From Patescibacteria group bacterium (GTDB taxonomy: Bacteria > Patescibacteriota > Minisyncoccia > Phycocordibacterales > XYD1-FULL-46-19), in contig JBMCHT010000001.1 of assembly GCA_048617235.1 (NCBI GenBank), positions 54,043 to 118,042 on the forward strand: DNA of 64,000 nt, read 5' to 3'. This document shows positions 38,994 to 49,154 of the stretch, one piece after another. Numbering within the stretch: position 1 is the stretch's first letter; each line of letters begins with the position of its first letter. A program made the position numbers and the translations under genes. The notes under the pieces are model-generated. The model saw nothing but the letters and a program-made list of their open reading frames with translations. It did no database searches and had not been told where the DNA came from.

Positions 38994-39584
38994 TCAAAGA
39001 CTTATTTCTTTTCTTTTTCTTTCAGTTAAAACTTCCAAATTGGATTCCAATTCAGACATAACTTTTTGCAAATCTTCCTTTAATTTAAATTTTTCATCTT
39101 CAGTCAATTCACCAGTTTTAGCTTGGTCTTGAATTTCATTCCAAAGTTTTTCCCTTTCTTTTCTTAAAGAAATTTTAACTTCTTCCAACTTATCGCCAAT
39201 CATCTTAATTAACATATCTCTACGTTCAGTAGTTAAATCCGGGAAAATAACCCATAAACAACCGGGAGACGGAGAAGTAGATACTCCCAAGTTAGCGGAA
39301 GCAATGGCTTTTTCCACCTCCTTAACTTGAGACGGATCCCAGGGAGAAACATTTAAAGTTTTAGGATCTTCAATCGAAATTGAAGCTAAATGGCGCAAAG
39401 GAGAACGAGTTCCTAAAACTTCTACCTCCACACTATCTAATAAGGCAGGAGTAGCACGACCGGTACGAACCGATTTTAAAGAATCAGCTAACCAGTCCTC
39501 CAGTTCTTGACCCTTTTCTTTTAATTTTTTAATATAATCACCTATCATTATTATCATCATAAAAAATAATAAATCTTTTAGCAA
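38994..39584 (-). CDS. frr: Ribosome recycling factor
   Basis: VRTGRATPALLD and PDLTTERR motifs. Confidence 0.93.
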   Translation of the reverse strand: MLKDLLFFMMIIMIGDYIKKLKEKGQELEDWLADSLKSVRTGRATPALLDSVEVEVLGTRSPLRHLASISIEDPKTLNVSPWDPSQVKEVEKAIASANLGVSTSPSPGCLWVIFPDLTTERRDMLIKMIGDKLEEVKISLRKEREKLWNEIQDQAKTGELTEDEKFKLKEDLQKVMSELESNLEVLTERKRKEISL

Positions 39585-39599
39585 GTTTTAAATATTAAT

Positions 39600-40298
39600 T
39601 TAAACCTCAAACAACAATAACCAAATTGGTTCTAAAAGTAAACGACGATTAATCCAAACCCCGTTTCTTGATTGTCGGCCGGCAATCACTAACAATTCTT
39701 CAATTTTTTTACCGATCGTTAAGTTAATTTTTTTATGTTTAAGTAAGTCTTTAAAATATTGCTCAGCTGTTTGTAAAAAATCATTCTCCCAACCCGGCGA
39801 TCCATTTTTAAGTAATTGCTTGAATATTTTTTCTCGACCAACTCCGTCTTGGTTCCAAAAATCAATCCAAAAGTCATCATTTTTTAATAAACCTTGATTA
39901 TCTGATACAAAATTAAGTACTCGGCAACGAGACTTTACTGTTTCCAACCAGCGATCTGATTTATCCGCCAATAAAATAAAACAATTATTAGCCGGAGATT
40001 CTTCTAAAATTTTTAATAAGGAATTTTGGACAAATAAATTAAGATAACGGCCATCCAAAACTATCAATCTAAGACATCCTAATGGCTGACGATAAACTCC
40101 GGCTATTAAAAGTTTAAAATCTTCAACTGATATCGCTTCATCCACCTGATAATAATCAGTAGGATGTAAATTACCATCAGTTATTAAAGAATTTTTAATA
40201 TCTCCTATTTGTTCATAAATATCTGTAAGCGAACCAACAACTAAAACAGATTGAACTTGTAATTGTAAAGAATCTGAAAATAAAAATTCTTTGAGCAT
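39600..40298 (-). CDS. holB: DNA polymerase III delta' subunit-like protein (divergent)
   Basis: QNSLLKILEE and TVKSRC motifs. Confidence 0.7.
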   Translation of the reverse strand: MLKEFLFSDSLQLQVQSVLVVGSLTDIYEQIGDIKNSLITDGNLHPTDYYQVDEAISVEDFKLLIAGVYRQPLGCLRLIVLDGRYLNLFVQNSLLKILEESPANNCFILLADKSDRWLETVKSRCRVLNFVSDNQGLLKNDDFWIDFWNQDGVGREKIFKQLLKNGSPGWENDFLQTAEQYFKDLLKHKKINLTIGKKIEELLVIAGRQSRNGVWINRRLLLEPIWLLLFEV

Positions 40299-40299
40299 A

Positions 40300-41316
40300 C
40301 TACCCTCTTTTGGTTATTATACTTTTTTTATAAGTATCCAAATGTTCCAAAGCCACCCCTGTACCATTGGCAACACAAAATAAAGGTTCATCAGCTAAAT
40401 TGGCTTTAACTCCGGTTCGCCTATAAACCAAATCGGTTATATGCCTCAATTGCGAAGAACCACCGGTCATAATAATCCCTTGATCTATTATATCGGAAGC
40501 CAACTCCGGCGGAGTTTCCTGAAAGACACTTTTTATAGCTTTTATAATTTCTCTCAACTCTCCTTCTATAGCTCTAACTATTTCATTAGTTTTAATATCA
40601 GCCCCTCTAGGTAAACCAGTCATAAAATCTCGCCCTTTTATATGGTAAACTGTTTCCTCTTCTACCGGCACAGCTGAACCTATAGCCATTTTAAGATCTT
40701 CTATAGTTTTATCTCCTACCGATAAATTTAAAGTTTTTTTAATATAATCAGCAATAGCTTGATCAATTTTGTTGCCGGCGTGTTTAACTGAAGTCGAAGA
40801 AACAATACCCCCTAAAGAGATAACTGCTACATCTATCGTCCCTCCACCAATATCCACCACCATATGTCCTTTAGGTTCATAAATGGGAATTCCGGCTCCA
40901 ATGGCTGCTAAAATCGGTTCTTTAACTACATAAGCATTTCGAGCCCCGGCTTTCATAGCTGCTTCTATCACCGCTCGCCTTTCAGTTGAAGTTACTCCGG
41001 CCGGTACCGAAATTAAAACATCCGGTCTAATTAAATTAAACCGACCTAAAACTTTACTTATATAATATTTCAACATAGCTTCGGTTACCAAGTAATCGGC
41101 AATCACCCCGTCTTTCATTGGTCTAAAAGCGGTAATATTATCGGGAGTTTTACCTACCATATCTTTGGCCTCCAAACCAACAGCTACCACTTTATTATCT
41201 ATTCCGGAAACAGCTACCACTGACGGTTCATTTAAAACTATCCCCTTACCGGGTGCAAAAACCAAGGTATTAGCCGTACCTAAATCTATTCCCAATTTTT
41301 TAGTTAAAAAAGCCAT
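40300..41316 (-). CDS. mreB: MreB/Mbl-family actin (second copy)
   Basis: GIDLGTANT, NEPSVVA, RPMKDGVIAD and DIGGGT motifs. Confidence 0.95.
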   Translation of the reverse strand: MAFLTKKLGIDLGTANTLVFAPGKGIVLNEPSVVAVSGIDNKVVAVGLEAKDMVGKTPDNITAFRPMKDGVIADYLVTEAMLKYYISKVLGRFNLIRPDVLISVPAGVTSTERRAVIEAAMKAGARNAYVVKEPILAAIGAGIPIYEPKGHMVVDIGGGTIDVAVISLGGIVSSTSVKHAGNKIDQAIADYIKKTLNLSVGDKTIEDLKMAIGSAVPVEEETVYHIKGRDFMTGLPRGADIKTNEIVRAIEGELREIIKAIKSVFQETPPELASDIIDQGIIMTGGSSQLRHITDLVYRRTGVKANLADEPLFCVANGTGVALEHLDTYKKSIITKRG

Positions 41317-41483
41317 AATTTAATTTAGCAAAACACAAAAAAAATACGAAATCAATTACTGAAATCGACTGTCAATATTATGACGTTAATTTTCCTTAAA
41401 TGCAAACAAGAAACAAAACATTAAAAACTTTAGTTTTAAGGTAACTATTTCTCCAAATAACTTTTATTTTATCCATCTAATAA

Positions 41484-43739
41484 TTAAATTTTTATAGCTT
41501 TTTGTTTTAAAACGCCTTTAGTTAAATTCATTTCGGCTGAAGTATGTATTTTTTTATAAGAACCATCCGCTTGTTTAGCTTCTATTGTCATATAATAACG
41601 TCCGGGTTGTAATAAAACATAAAAGCGTCCAAAGGCATCAGTTACCATCTTTTTTACTTCTTGATCTAAATCGACCATATAAAAACGAATAATAGCAAAT
41701 GACAAAGGTTGTCCATTATAGGAAACCACGGTTGCCAGATGAATCTTTTTCCAAATTTGTTGAAATATAAAAATTAAAATGTAAGCCACTAGTAAAGAAA
41801 GATTGAGCCATGAAAAACCGGTAGTAACCGACCAGACTGTTGCCAATAAACCGGCCCAATAAATAAAACCGGTAAATCGTCTTAACCACAACTCTCTGCG
41901 TGTATATACTTGAAAATATTTAGCCTGACTCTTGGTATATTCATTCCAATCAAAACCAACCGGATCCAATGGAATATTTTTATTAATCACATTTTGACCA
42001 CCAGCCTCCAATTCTTCGCCGAAATAAAGATTATCATATAATTCATCTTCTTGACGACCGGCCAAAATATTTGAAGGAAAACGATAATGAGTTTTACCGG
42101 CTTCCAAATAATATTGACCGGGTGGTAATAAAAAACCATAACGACCATCAATATCCGTAATAGCTGAAGTTTGTTTCTCTTTATTTATTGTAGAATAAAC
42201 ATTTATATAAGCGGGATCTATCGGGCGCTTGGTTACGGCATCATAGACCACTCCCCAAGGACGACTTTTTCTACGATAACCTAACCAACCAATTAAAGCT
42301 GCCAACCATCTTAAAAGTAAAAGATAGATATCAGTAAACGACCATAAACTCAAAGACGCTCCGGCCACTTGAAGAACACCGGCTGTTAAACCAACTCCGC
42401 TTAAAGCCGGGGCTGCCATTTTCTCTACAGTTTGTGAAACTGTAGCCGTTGCCGGCCAGGCCGTTATAGTAATTTCTCCTTCTAAACGACCTAATATTTT
42501 TTGATCTTCAGTTAAAAAAGAAACCGCTGCCGGCACCTGGCCGGTTTGCCTAAAAGCCGGTAAAATTCCGGAATAAACTCCTTCAGATTCTTTTAATAAT
42601 ATAGCTATTGTTTGGCCACTATTCGGATCTGAGGTAGAAAAAACCAAAGTCTCTACAAAAGAATCGACTTTATCGGCAGAAATTCTAACCTCAGTATACC
42701 AATCCGGTTTTAAATTATAATGACCGGTAGCTTTAATTAATCTACGACCATCTTCTTGAATCAAAGCAAAATCAGACCACACCGGTAAAGAAAAATCTAA
42801 ATCAATTTCTCCCGTTTGTTCAAAATATTCAAACGGATCAAAAAAATCTTCAACAATATCATCGTCTACCGGATAAAAAGGATCATCGGAATCATCAGGA
42901 TCATCGGAATCATCAGGATCATCGGGATCATCAGGATCATCGGGATCATCAGGATCATCGGGATCATCGGGATCATCGGGATCATCGGGATCATCGTCTT
43001 CATATTCACAAGAACCGTCGTCGGTTATTGCCAAAGGGTCATAATTAATAGCTTCAGGATCAGTACAACCTGTGTCGGGATCATCGTCTTCATATTCACA
43101 AGAACCGTCGTCGGTATTGGCCTCCGGATTATAATTAATCGCTTCCGGATCGGTACAGCCAAGTATTGAATCATAAACTCCCGGCACCGCCACAAAAGCT
43201 ACTACTCCGGAAGAAATAACTTCATCTGTCGCCACCGCGAAAGCGGTATAATAATATAATTCACCATTTTCCACCTCAGTATCTATAGCTACCTCTCCCG
43301 AACCTTCATAAATTAATTGCCCTTGATCTATATCTGTTGGAATATAATCAACCAGACGACGAATAATTATATAATCTAATCTATCCCCTGTTGGATTTTG
43401 CCAATCTAAATTAACTCGCATTTGTTCTTGATTATAAGAAGCTACAAAACCATCAGGATTAGGCATCGACCCCAATTCATATTCACAAGATCCATCATCA
43501 GCAGTAGCTTCAGAATCATAGTTAACCGCTTCCGGATCAGTACAACCCCAAACTGTCCCTCCACCACCGCCGCCACCACCGCCACCACCAGTATCTTCTT
43601 CATTTATAGTAACCGAAACATCTAAGGCCAAAGCCGGATAACTTATTATTAAAAAGACAGGCAAAACAGCTAAAATCGCAAAAAATAAACGATGATTGAA
43701 TTTTCTTTTTAAAGCTGAAAAAAACATTTTATAAAGCAA
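41484..43739 (-). CDS. Acidic repeat-rich cell-surface/membrane protein
   Basis: Signal/TM segment, poly-Gly, three GCTDPEAxNY...DDGSCEY repeats, FN3-like segment, (DDP)13 tract, TM segments and two carboxypeptidase-regulatory-like domains (TD..GRY/F.FL). Confidence 0.8.
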   Translation of the reverse strand: MLYKMFFSALKRKFNHRLFFAILAVLPVFLIISYPALALDVSVTINEEDTGGGGGGGGGGGTVWGCTDPEAVNYDSEATADDGSCEYELGSMPNPDGFVASYNQEQMRVNLDWQNPTGDRLDYIIIRRLVDYIPTDIDQGQLIYEGSGEVAIDTEVENGELYYYTAFAVATDEVISSGVVAFVAVPGVYDSILGCTDPEAINYNPEANTDDGSCEYEDDDPDTGCTDPEAINYDPLAITDDGSCEYEDDDPDDPDDPDDPDDPDDPDDPDDPDDPDDSDDPDDSDDPFYPVDDDIVEDFFDPFEYFEQTGEIDLDFSLPVWSDFALIQEDGRRLIKATGHYNLKPDWYTEVRISADKVDSFVETLVFSTSDPNSGQTIAILLKESEGVYSGILPAFRQTGQVPAAVSFLTEDQKILGRLEGEITITAWPATATVSQTVEKMAAPALSGVGLTAGVLQVAGASLSLWSFTDIYLLLLRWLAALIGWLGYRRKSRPWGVVYDAVTKRPIDPAYINVYSTINKEKQTSAITDIDGRYGFLLPPGQYYLEAGKTHYRFPSNILAGRQEDELYDNLYFGEELEAGGQNVINKNIPLDPVGFDWNEYTKSQAKYFQVYTRRELWLRRFTGFIYWAGLLATVWSVTTGFSWLNLSLLVAYILIFIFQQIWKKIHLATVVSYNGQPLSFAIIRFYMVDLDQEVKKMVTDAFGRFYVLLQPGRYYMTIEAKQADGSYKKIHTSAEMNLTKGVLKQKAIKI
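42879..42995. repeat. 9-bp tandem repeat, 13 copies, encoding DDP/DDS
   Basis: (A/G)GGATCATC or GGAATCATC units over 117 bp. Confidence 0.95.
42985..43115. repeat. 41-bp identical direct repeat with 90-bp period (internal domain duplication)
   Basis: TCGGGATCATCGTCTTCATATTCACAAGAACCGTCGTCGGT at 42985-43025 and 43075-43115. Confidence 0.9.
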
Positions 43740-44478
43740 CTAAGGTCACGGTTAAGTTAGCTGTATAACTCCCATCCGGCAAACCGGAATCAGAAGCGGT
43801 TTCTGCTTTAAATCCTAAAACGATTTCACTACCATCAGGATGATTATCGGAATCAGCTTCCGCCACTGTTTGAACAACACCTAAGCCATCCCAACAATAA
43901 TCAAGAGAAGTAGAACCGGAAACACCACAATTATCACCATCATCTTGCCAGTTCAAAGTCGCATCATCTCCGGAAACCGTAAAGCCAAAAAGTCCGCCAC
44001 TGGTTGGAGAATCCCAAGAGTAATCAGGCACCCCTGTATTAGGAGTATAATCATCAAAACTATTACTGCCGGAACTTAAAGCCGGGTTACTATCTGCCTC
44101 AACCGTTAATTGGTAACCACTAGGGTTATTAGTAACTACTGTCCAAATTCCTTGACCGGTAGCCGAACCTCCATCAAAATCAATATTGGGAGTTAAATTT
44201 ATTTCTTCAGAACCGGATAAAGCCAAAATACTTTCATCTGTTAACATAGCCTGAAAACCACCCTCTAAATCATAAGAACCACTACTTAAATCTCCCGTCC
44301 CCATCTCGCCGACGGTATCTGTTACCTTAAAAGAACCAGATTCAGATAATTGACCGCCAACATTAACACTATCTGATTGGATTCTGTAATTACCACTTTC
44401 AGCTACAAAAGCTCCAGCTCCACCGGCTAGTAAAAAAACAATAATTACCCATTTCAATTTTAAAATTTTAATGAACAT
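43729..44478 (-). CDS. Secreted beta-rich protein with a WxL/pilin-like C-terminus
   Basis: Signal peptide, TNNPSGYQL, a Cys pair and terminal GSYTANLTVTL. Confidence 0.6.
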   Translation of the reverse strand: MFIKILKLKWVIIVFLLAGGAGAFVAESGNYRIQSDSVNVGGQLSESGSFKVTDTVGEMGTGDLSSGSYDLEGGFQAMLTDESILALSGSEEINLTPNIDFDGGSATGQGIWTVVTNNPSGYQLTVEADSNPALSSGSNSFDDYTPNTGVPDYSWDSPTSGGLFGFTVSGDDATLNWQDDGDNCGVSGSTSLDYCWDGLGVVQTVAEADSDNHPDGSEIVLGFKAETASDSGLPDGSYTANLTVTLVAL

Positions 44479-45375
44479 TTATTTTTGTCTAATATAAAAT
44501 ACAAATTTAATAAATAAAACTAATAACAAAAATCCTGATAACCAAATCACCCAACTTGGAATAACAACAAATCTTAAAAATTTTTTATCTATTACATTAT
44601 TATAACCACGATTAAGGCTAACTCCAACTTTATACCAACCTCCAGACAAAGCCGGGATATCAAAATCTCTAAACCGAGTAGTCTCCGGTAAAACAAACCA
44701 AGGATCTATAATTTGCCGATGCACAATTTTACCTCTCAAATTTTTAATCTCAATCACTCCATAAGGATTAAGGTAAGTATCTCCTTTATTTTCAAATTCC
44801 AAACTTAGTCTCTCTGCTTGGCCACCAACAACTAAACGATTACCAGAATATCTGATCCCTTTTAACTCACCCTCGGCCTGTCCTTCAAACTCCGCCGTAG
44901 ATACAAAAACCAAAACACCTATTCTGTTTTTAATACTGGTCATAGCCGACCCTGCCTTATTTTGGAGGTTAAAATCCGCTAAAATCGCTCCATGAAAACT
45001 TTCAGTCATTAAAAATTGTTGGTGATTAAAAGTAACAGATATTGTTTTCATTTCTCCGGGCAAAATCTCAAAATTTCTTTCAGATAAAATTAACCATTCA
45101 AAATTTTCTTCATCTTTAAATATAATTCCCTTTTTCGCTTGTGCTTCTACTGTAGTCGTGTTTAAATTCACAGTCACGGGATATTTAAAACCATTAAGAA
45201 AAGTTAAGGTTTTTGTTTTGGTAATTTGTCCGGCCTCAAACCTGATTTCCATTTTTCCGGGAGTAACAGTTAAAAAAGCTTCCGTTACCAAGGGTGAGAA
45301 AAATAAAATTATCACCAGTAAACCAAAAACTGTTTTTTTCCCAATCATTAAATTTTTTATATTAATTACTGACAT
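44479..45375 (-). CDS. DUF916/WxLIP-like membrane-anchored Ig-fold protein
   Basis: LTVTP.., FENKGDTYLNPYG.IEI and VLPETTR motifs; C-terminal TM with a basic tail. Confidence 0.65.
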   Translation of the reverse strand: MSVINIKNLMIGKKTVFGLLVIILFFSPLVTEAFLTVTPGKMEIRFEAGQITKTKTLTFLNGFKYPVTVNLNTTTVEAQAKKGIIFKDEENFEWLILSERNFEILPGEMKTISVTFNHQQFLMTESFHGAILADFNLQNKAGSAMTSIKNRIGVLVFVSTAEFEGQAEGELKGIRYSGNRLVVGGQAERLSLEFENKGDTYLNPYGVIEIKNLRGKIVHRQIIDPWFVLPETTRFRDFDIPALSGGWYKVGVSLNRGYNNVIDKKFLRFVVIPSWVIWLSGFLLLVLFIKFVFYIRQK

Positions 45376-45416
45376 TATCTGTTAATCAAATATCTGTTAT
45401 TATCTAATTATACAAG

Positions 45417-47348
45417 ATGAAAACTAAAATTCCAACAAAAAAAGACTCTATTCAAATAATTGAAGTTTGGTTACTCGACGACCGCCGGCCTCTGGAAAAT
45501 TTAACTTATTTTTATCGCCGACCTTTAACTGCCGGTACAATTGTAGAAGTATCAATCGGCCGTCAAAAAAAACAAGCCGTAATCATTTCCTCTAATGATA
45601 TCTCCAAACAAAAAACTTCTCTTAAAAAAGCGAGTTTTCAATTAAAAAAAATTGAAAAAATAATTCAAGAAAATTTTTTACCACCAGAATTAATAAAAAC
45701 CGTAACAAAAATCGCACAATATTATGGTTGTGGCGGATCTGTTATTTTGAATCAGATTATCCCAACAAATATCTGGAAAAACTTAAAAACAATTACCGGT
45801 CCGACCACTAGAATTCCTCAACCTAATATTAAAACCAAACCAAACCTTAAACTAAAACCAATAGCTATTCAAGAAATAGATGAAGAAAGAATGACTGTTT
45901 ACAAAAATTTAACCAGAGAACAATTTGCTCAAAAAAAATCCACAATAATATTATTACCAACCACTCAATTAGTTGAAGAAACGGCCGGTAAAATACAAAA
46001 AGGTCTGGAAGATTATACTTTCATCATTCATGGTAATCTAAATTCAAAAACTCTCCATCAGAGATGGCAAAAGGCTGAAAACTGTCGTAAACCAGTTTTA
46101 TTAATAACCACCCCCTGGCATCTAGGCTTAAATCGTTCAGATTGGGGTATGATTATTGTTGAGCAAGAAAACAATGACAGTTATCAAACTCTCAGAAAAC
46201 CATTCGTAGATGGTCGCCTGTTGGCTCAAACCCTGGCAGAAATTATGTCTCTTAAAATAATTTATGGAGATATTTTGCTAACAACGGATAAAATTTATCA
46301 AATTGGTAAAAATTTAATAGATCCTCTTAGACCGATCAAGTATCGTTTTTTGACTGAAGCTAAAACCGAATTAGTAAAACTCAAAGAGAAAAACTTAAAA
46401 AATCCTGAAGAAAGATTTTCAATTTTAAGTCCTTCAGCTTTATCAATTTTAACCCAAGGAGCCGGTCGAGATCGTTCCTTGATTTTAGTTGGCCGTAAAG
46501 GTTGGAGTCCTTTGGTGGTTTGTGAAGATTGCGGACAATTACTTTTATGTTCTGATTGTCAAAAACCGGAGCTTTTTACTAGACCTTTCGGTTCCGACAA
46601 ACCGGGTGAGCTTGTTTGCCGACATTGCCAAAAAAAACATCCAGCTGATTCTTTTTGCCCTCATTGTCGCAGTTGGCGCTTAAAACCTTTAGGCATCGGT
46701 GCCGAACAAGTAAAAAACGAATATGATAAATATTTTCCCGGTAATCACTCCCTATTTATGACCGGCGACAATCACACCCCTCTTCAAGCCAAGAAAAAAA
46801 TAGAAACCTTTTTAGATTCGCCCGGCAGAGCTTTAATTGGTACAGAATTTATTCTTAATTATCTAAATGAACCAGTTGAAAATATTATAATCGCCACCTT
46901 AGACGCTGTCTTATCTGTACCAAATTATAAAATTAATGAAAAAATCTTTAAATTAATAATCAAAACCAGATCCCTAACTACAAAAAATATTATAATACAA
47001 ACCAGATTACCCCACTCTGAAATATTAAATCAAGCTTTAAATGGCAATGCTTTGGATTTTTATAGAGATGAATTAGCCGACAGACAAGCTCTCAACTATC
47101 CACCTTTTAGTAAACTCTTAAAAATAGTTTGCTCTGATACCGTAGATAAAAAACGTTTATTAAGCGTCAAAACTGAAAAAATACCTTGGCCTAATTATAC
47201 TTATACCGGTTTAAGTAAATCGGGTAAGCCCATTTTAACCTTATTAATTAAATTACCGCCGAATATTAAACCATTTGAGTGGCAAAAAATAATAGCTCCC
47301 CTACCTTTGGATTGTGAGATTTTAGTTGACCCCAACACCATTGTATAA
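45417..47348 (+). CDS. priA: Primosomal protein N' with degenerate helicase motifs
   Basis: LTY..G..VEV N-terminal domain, four CxxC pairs, LGIGAE, IIQT and YPPF; no GSGKT. Confidence 0.88.
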   Translation: MKTKIPTKKDSIQIIEVWLLDDRRPLENLTYFYRRPLTAGTIVEVSIGRQKKQAVIISSNDISKQKTSLKKASFQLKKIEKIIQENFLPPELIKTVTKIAQYYGCGGSVILNQIIPTNIWKNLKTITGPTTRIPQPNIKTKPNLKLKPIAIQEIDEERMTVYKNLTREQFAQKKSTIILLPTTQLVEETAGKIQKGLEDYTFIIHGNLNSKTLHQRWQKAENCRKPVLLITTPWHLGLNRSDWGMIIVEQENNDSYQTLRKPFVDGRLLAQTLAEIMSLKIIYGDILLTTDKIYQIGKNLIDPLRPIKYRFLTEAKTELVKLKEKNLKNPEERFSILSPSALSILTQGAGRDRSLILVGRKGWSPLVVCEDCGQLLLCSDCQKPELFTRPFGSDKPGELVCRHCQKKHPADSFCPHCRSWRLKPLGIGAEQVKNEYDKYFPGNHSLFMTGDNHTPLQAKKKIETFLDSPGRALIGTEFILNYLNEPVENIIIATLDAVLSVPNYKINEKIFKLIIKTRSLTTKNIIIQTRLPHSEILNQALNGNALDFYRDELADRQALNYPPFSKLLKIVCSDTVDKKRLLSVKTEKIPWPNYTYTGLSKSGKPILTLLIKLPPNIKPFEWQKIIAPLPLDCEILVDPNTIV

Positions 47349-47360
47349 TATTTTAATAAT

Positions 47361-47867
47361 ATGACTGAAAAAAATAATATCGTTCAAAAAGATCATCCGG
47401 CGCTGAGACAAGTATCCGAAGAAATAGCTTTGGATAAAATCCACAGTCCGGAAATAAAAGATCTGATTAAAAAAATGGAAACCACTCTAAAATCAGAAAC
47501 CGACGGAGTAGCTCTGGCTGCTCCTCAAATTGGAGTTAATAAAAGATTATTTATAGTTTCCGGTAAAATTTTTACTCCTCCAGACTCTGATACTGAACCA
47601 CCAATTAAAATTTTTATTAACCCGGAAATTAAAAAAATGTCTAAGAAAAAAATTCGCCTGGAAGAAGGTTGTTTATCTGTCCGTCCTCTATACGGCCATA
47701 TTTTACGATCAGAAAAAATAAGTATTATTGCTTATGATCAGGAAGGAAAAAAGAAATCTTGGAACGCTTCCGGTTTATTGGCTCAAATTTTTCAACATGA
47801 GATAGATCATTTAAACGGTGTTTTATTTATTGATCAAGCCAGTGATTTTTATGAAATCACCGAATAA
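47361..47867 (+). CDS. def: Peptide deformylase
   Basis: GVALAAPQIG, EGCLS and QHEIDHLNG motifs. Confidence 0.97.
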   Translation: MTEKNNIVQKDHPALRQVSEEIALDKIHSPEIKDLIKKMETTLKSETDGVALAAPQIGVNKRLFIVSGKIFTPPDSDTEPPIKIFINPEIKKMSKKKIRLEEGCLSVRPLYGHILRSEKISIIAYDQEGKKKSWNASGLLAQIFQHEIDHLNGVLFIDQASDFYEITE

Positions 47868-48717
47868 TAAAACCCCTCATTTTATATTTGCCGGTACCGA
47901 TGATTTCGCCGTCACGGTCTTGGATACTCTTAGAAAAAGAAATTTAAAACCGGATTTAATAATAACAGCTCCCGACAAACCGGCCGGTCGTAAATTACAA
48001 TTAACTCCATCTCCGGTTAAAACATGGTCAACTGAATATAAATTACCACTATTACAACCTGCCTCTTTAAAAGACTGGCTCCCCTCCGGTTCCCAACCGG
48101 ATTTTTTACTTACTGCCTCTTATGGTTTATTTTTACCTAAAAAATTACTTCAATATCCCAAAAAAGGTTGTCTAAATATCCACCCTTCTTTATTACCTCT
48201 TTATCGAGGACCGGCGCCGGTAGTTGCAGCTATTCTATCTGATAATAAATACACCGGGGTTTCTATTATGTTGATGGATCAAAAAATGGATCATGGCCCG
48301 ATTTTAGCTCAAGCTCAAACTGAAATTAATCACAAATGGTTACTTCCTCTAAGTCAAGAATTAGCGGAAATCGGGGCTAATTTATTGGCAGATTTGTTAC
48401 CTCAATGGTTAACTGATGAAATTAAACCCACCCCTCAAAATCACGCTTTGGCTACTTTTAGTCAGAAAATTTCCAAACAAGACGGTTTAATAAATTTGGC
48501 TGATGATCCAATATTAAATTTTAAAAAAATTAGAGCTTATACTCCTTGGCCCGGTGCCTATTTTTTCACCAAAAAAGATAATTTAAAAATTACCATCAAA
48601 CAAGCTCATCTGAATGAAAATAATCTTTTAGTAATAGATAAAATAGTCCCGGCCGGCAAACAAGAAATGGCTTGGGCAGATTGGATCAGAAATAGACCGG
48701 AATTTACTCCCCTCTAA
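47851..48717 (+). CDS. fmt: Methionyl-tRNA formyltransferase
   Basis: FAGT..FA, PDKPAGR, NIHPSLLPLYRG and MDHGPI motifs. Confidence 0.96.
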   Translation: MKSPNNKTPHFIFAGTDDFAVTVLDTLRKRNLKPDLIITAPDKPAGRKLQLTPSPVKTWSTEYKLPLLQPASLKDWLPSGSQPDFLLTASYGLFLPKKLLQYPKKGCLNIHPSLLPLYRGPAPVVAAILSDNKYTGVSIMLMDQKMDHGPILAQAQTEINHKWLLPLSQELAEIGANLLADLLPQWLTDEIKPTPQNHALATFSQKISKQDGLINLADDPILNFKKIRAYTPWPGAYFFTKKDNLKITIKQAHLNENNLLVIDKIVPAGKQEMAWADWIRNRPEFTPL

Positions 48718-49081
48718 ATTTTTGCCACATATTTTTTAAACGCCGACCGCCTTTTTTCAATAAATCTTTATGTTTGGATTTTTTAGATTTTATTTGTTTA
48801 GCCATCTCATCTTTAACCTTATCAATAGCCGCATACAAATCCTCGGCTGTCGCTTCAGCACGAAATAAATTCATTCCCGGAATCTCTAAATTTATTTCAG
48901 CTCGATAAACTTCACCACTTCGATGATGCTCGGTTGTTTTACCTATTTCCACATCCGCTTGTACTCCTGATTGATCTTTACTAATAAACTTTTTCAAATA
49001 ATCAAGTTTGGTTTGCAGATATTCCTCAATCGCTTCAGTTAATTCTATATTGGTAGTTTTAATATTTATATTCATAAGCAT
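48704..49081 (-). CDS. hpf: Ribosome hibernation factor HPF/RaiA (short form)
   Basis: IELTEAIEEYL and DLYAAID motifs. Confidence 0.88.
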   Translation of the reverse strand: MLMNINIKTTNIELTEAIEEYLQTKLDYLKKFISKDQSGVQADVEIGKTTEHHRSGEVYRAEINLEIPGMNLFRAEATAEDLYAAIDKVKDEMAKQIKSKKSKHKDLLKKGGRRLKNMWQKFRGE

Positions 49082-49154
49082 TAGATATTAAATTGTTTAA
49101 TAAACCCAACCATCATCATTATAACATAATCAACCACCCAATTTAACCTTAAAA

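Noticed and set aside
42879-43115. Possible CRISPR array
   Set aside because: The repeats are 9-bp tandem units and a 90-bp in-frame duplication inside a CDS; there are no unique spacers and no cas genes.
42816-43169. 117-aa plus-strand ORF with IIGIIR repeats
   Set aside because: It is the antisense shadow of the DDP repeat.
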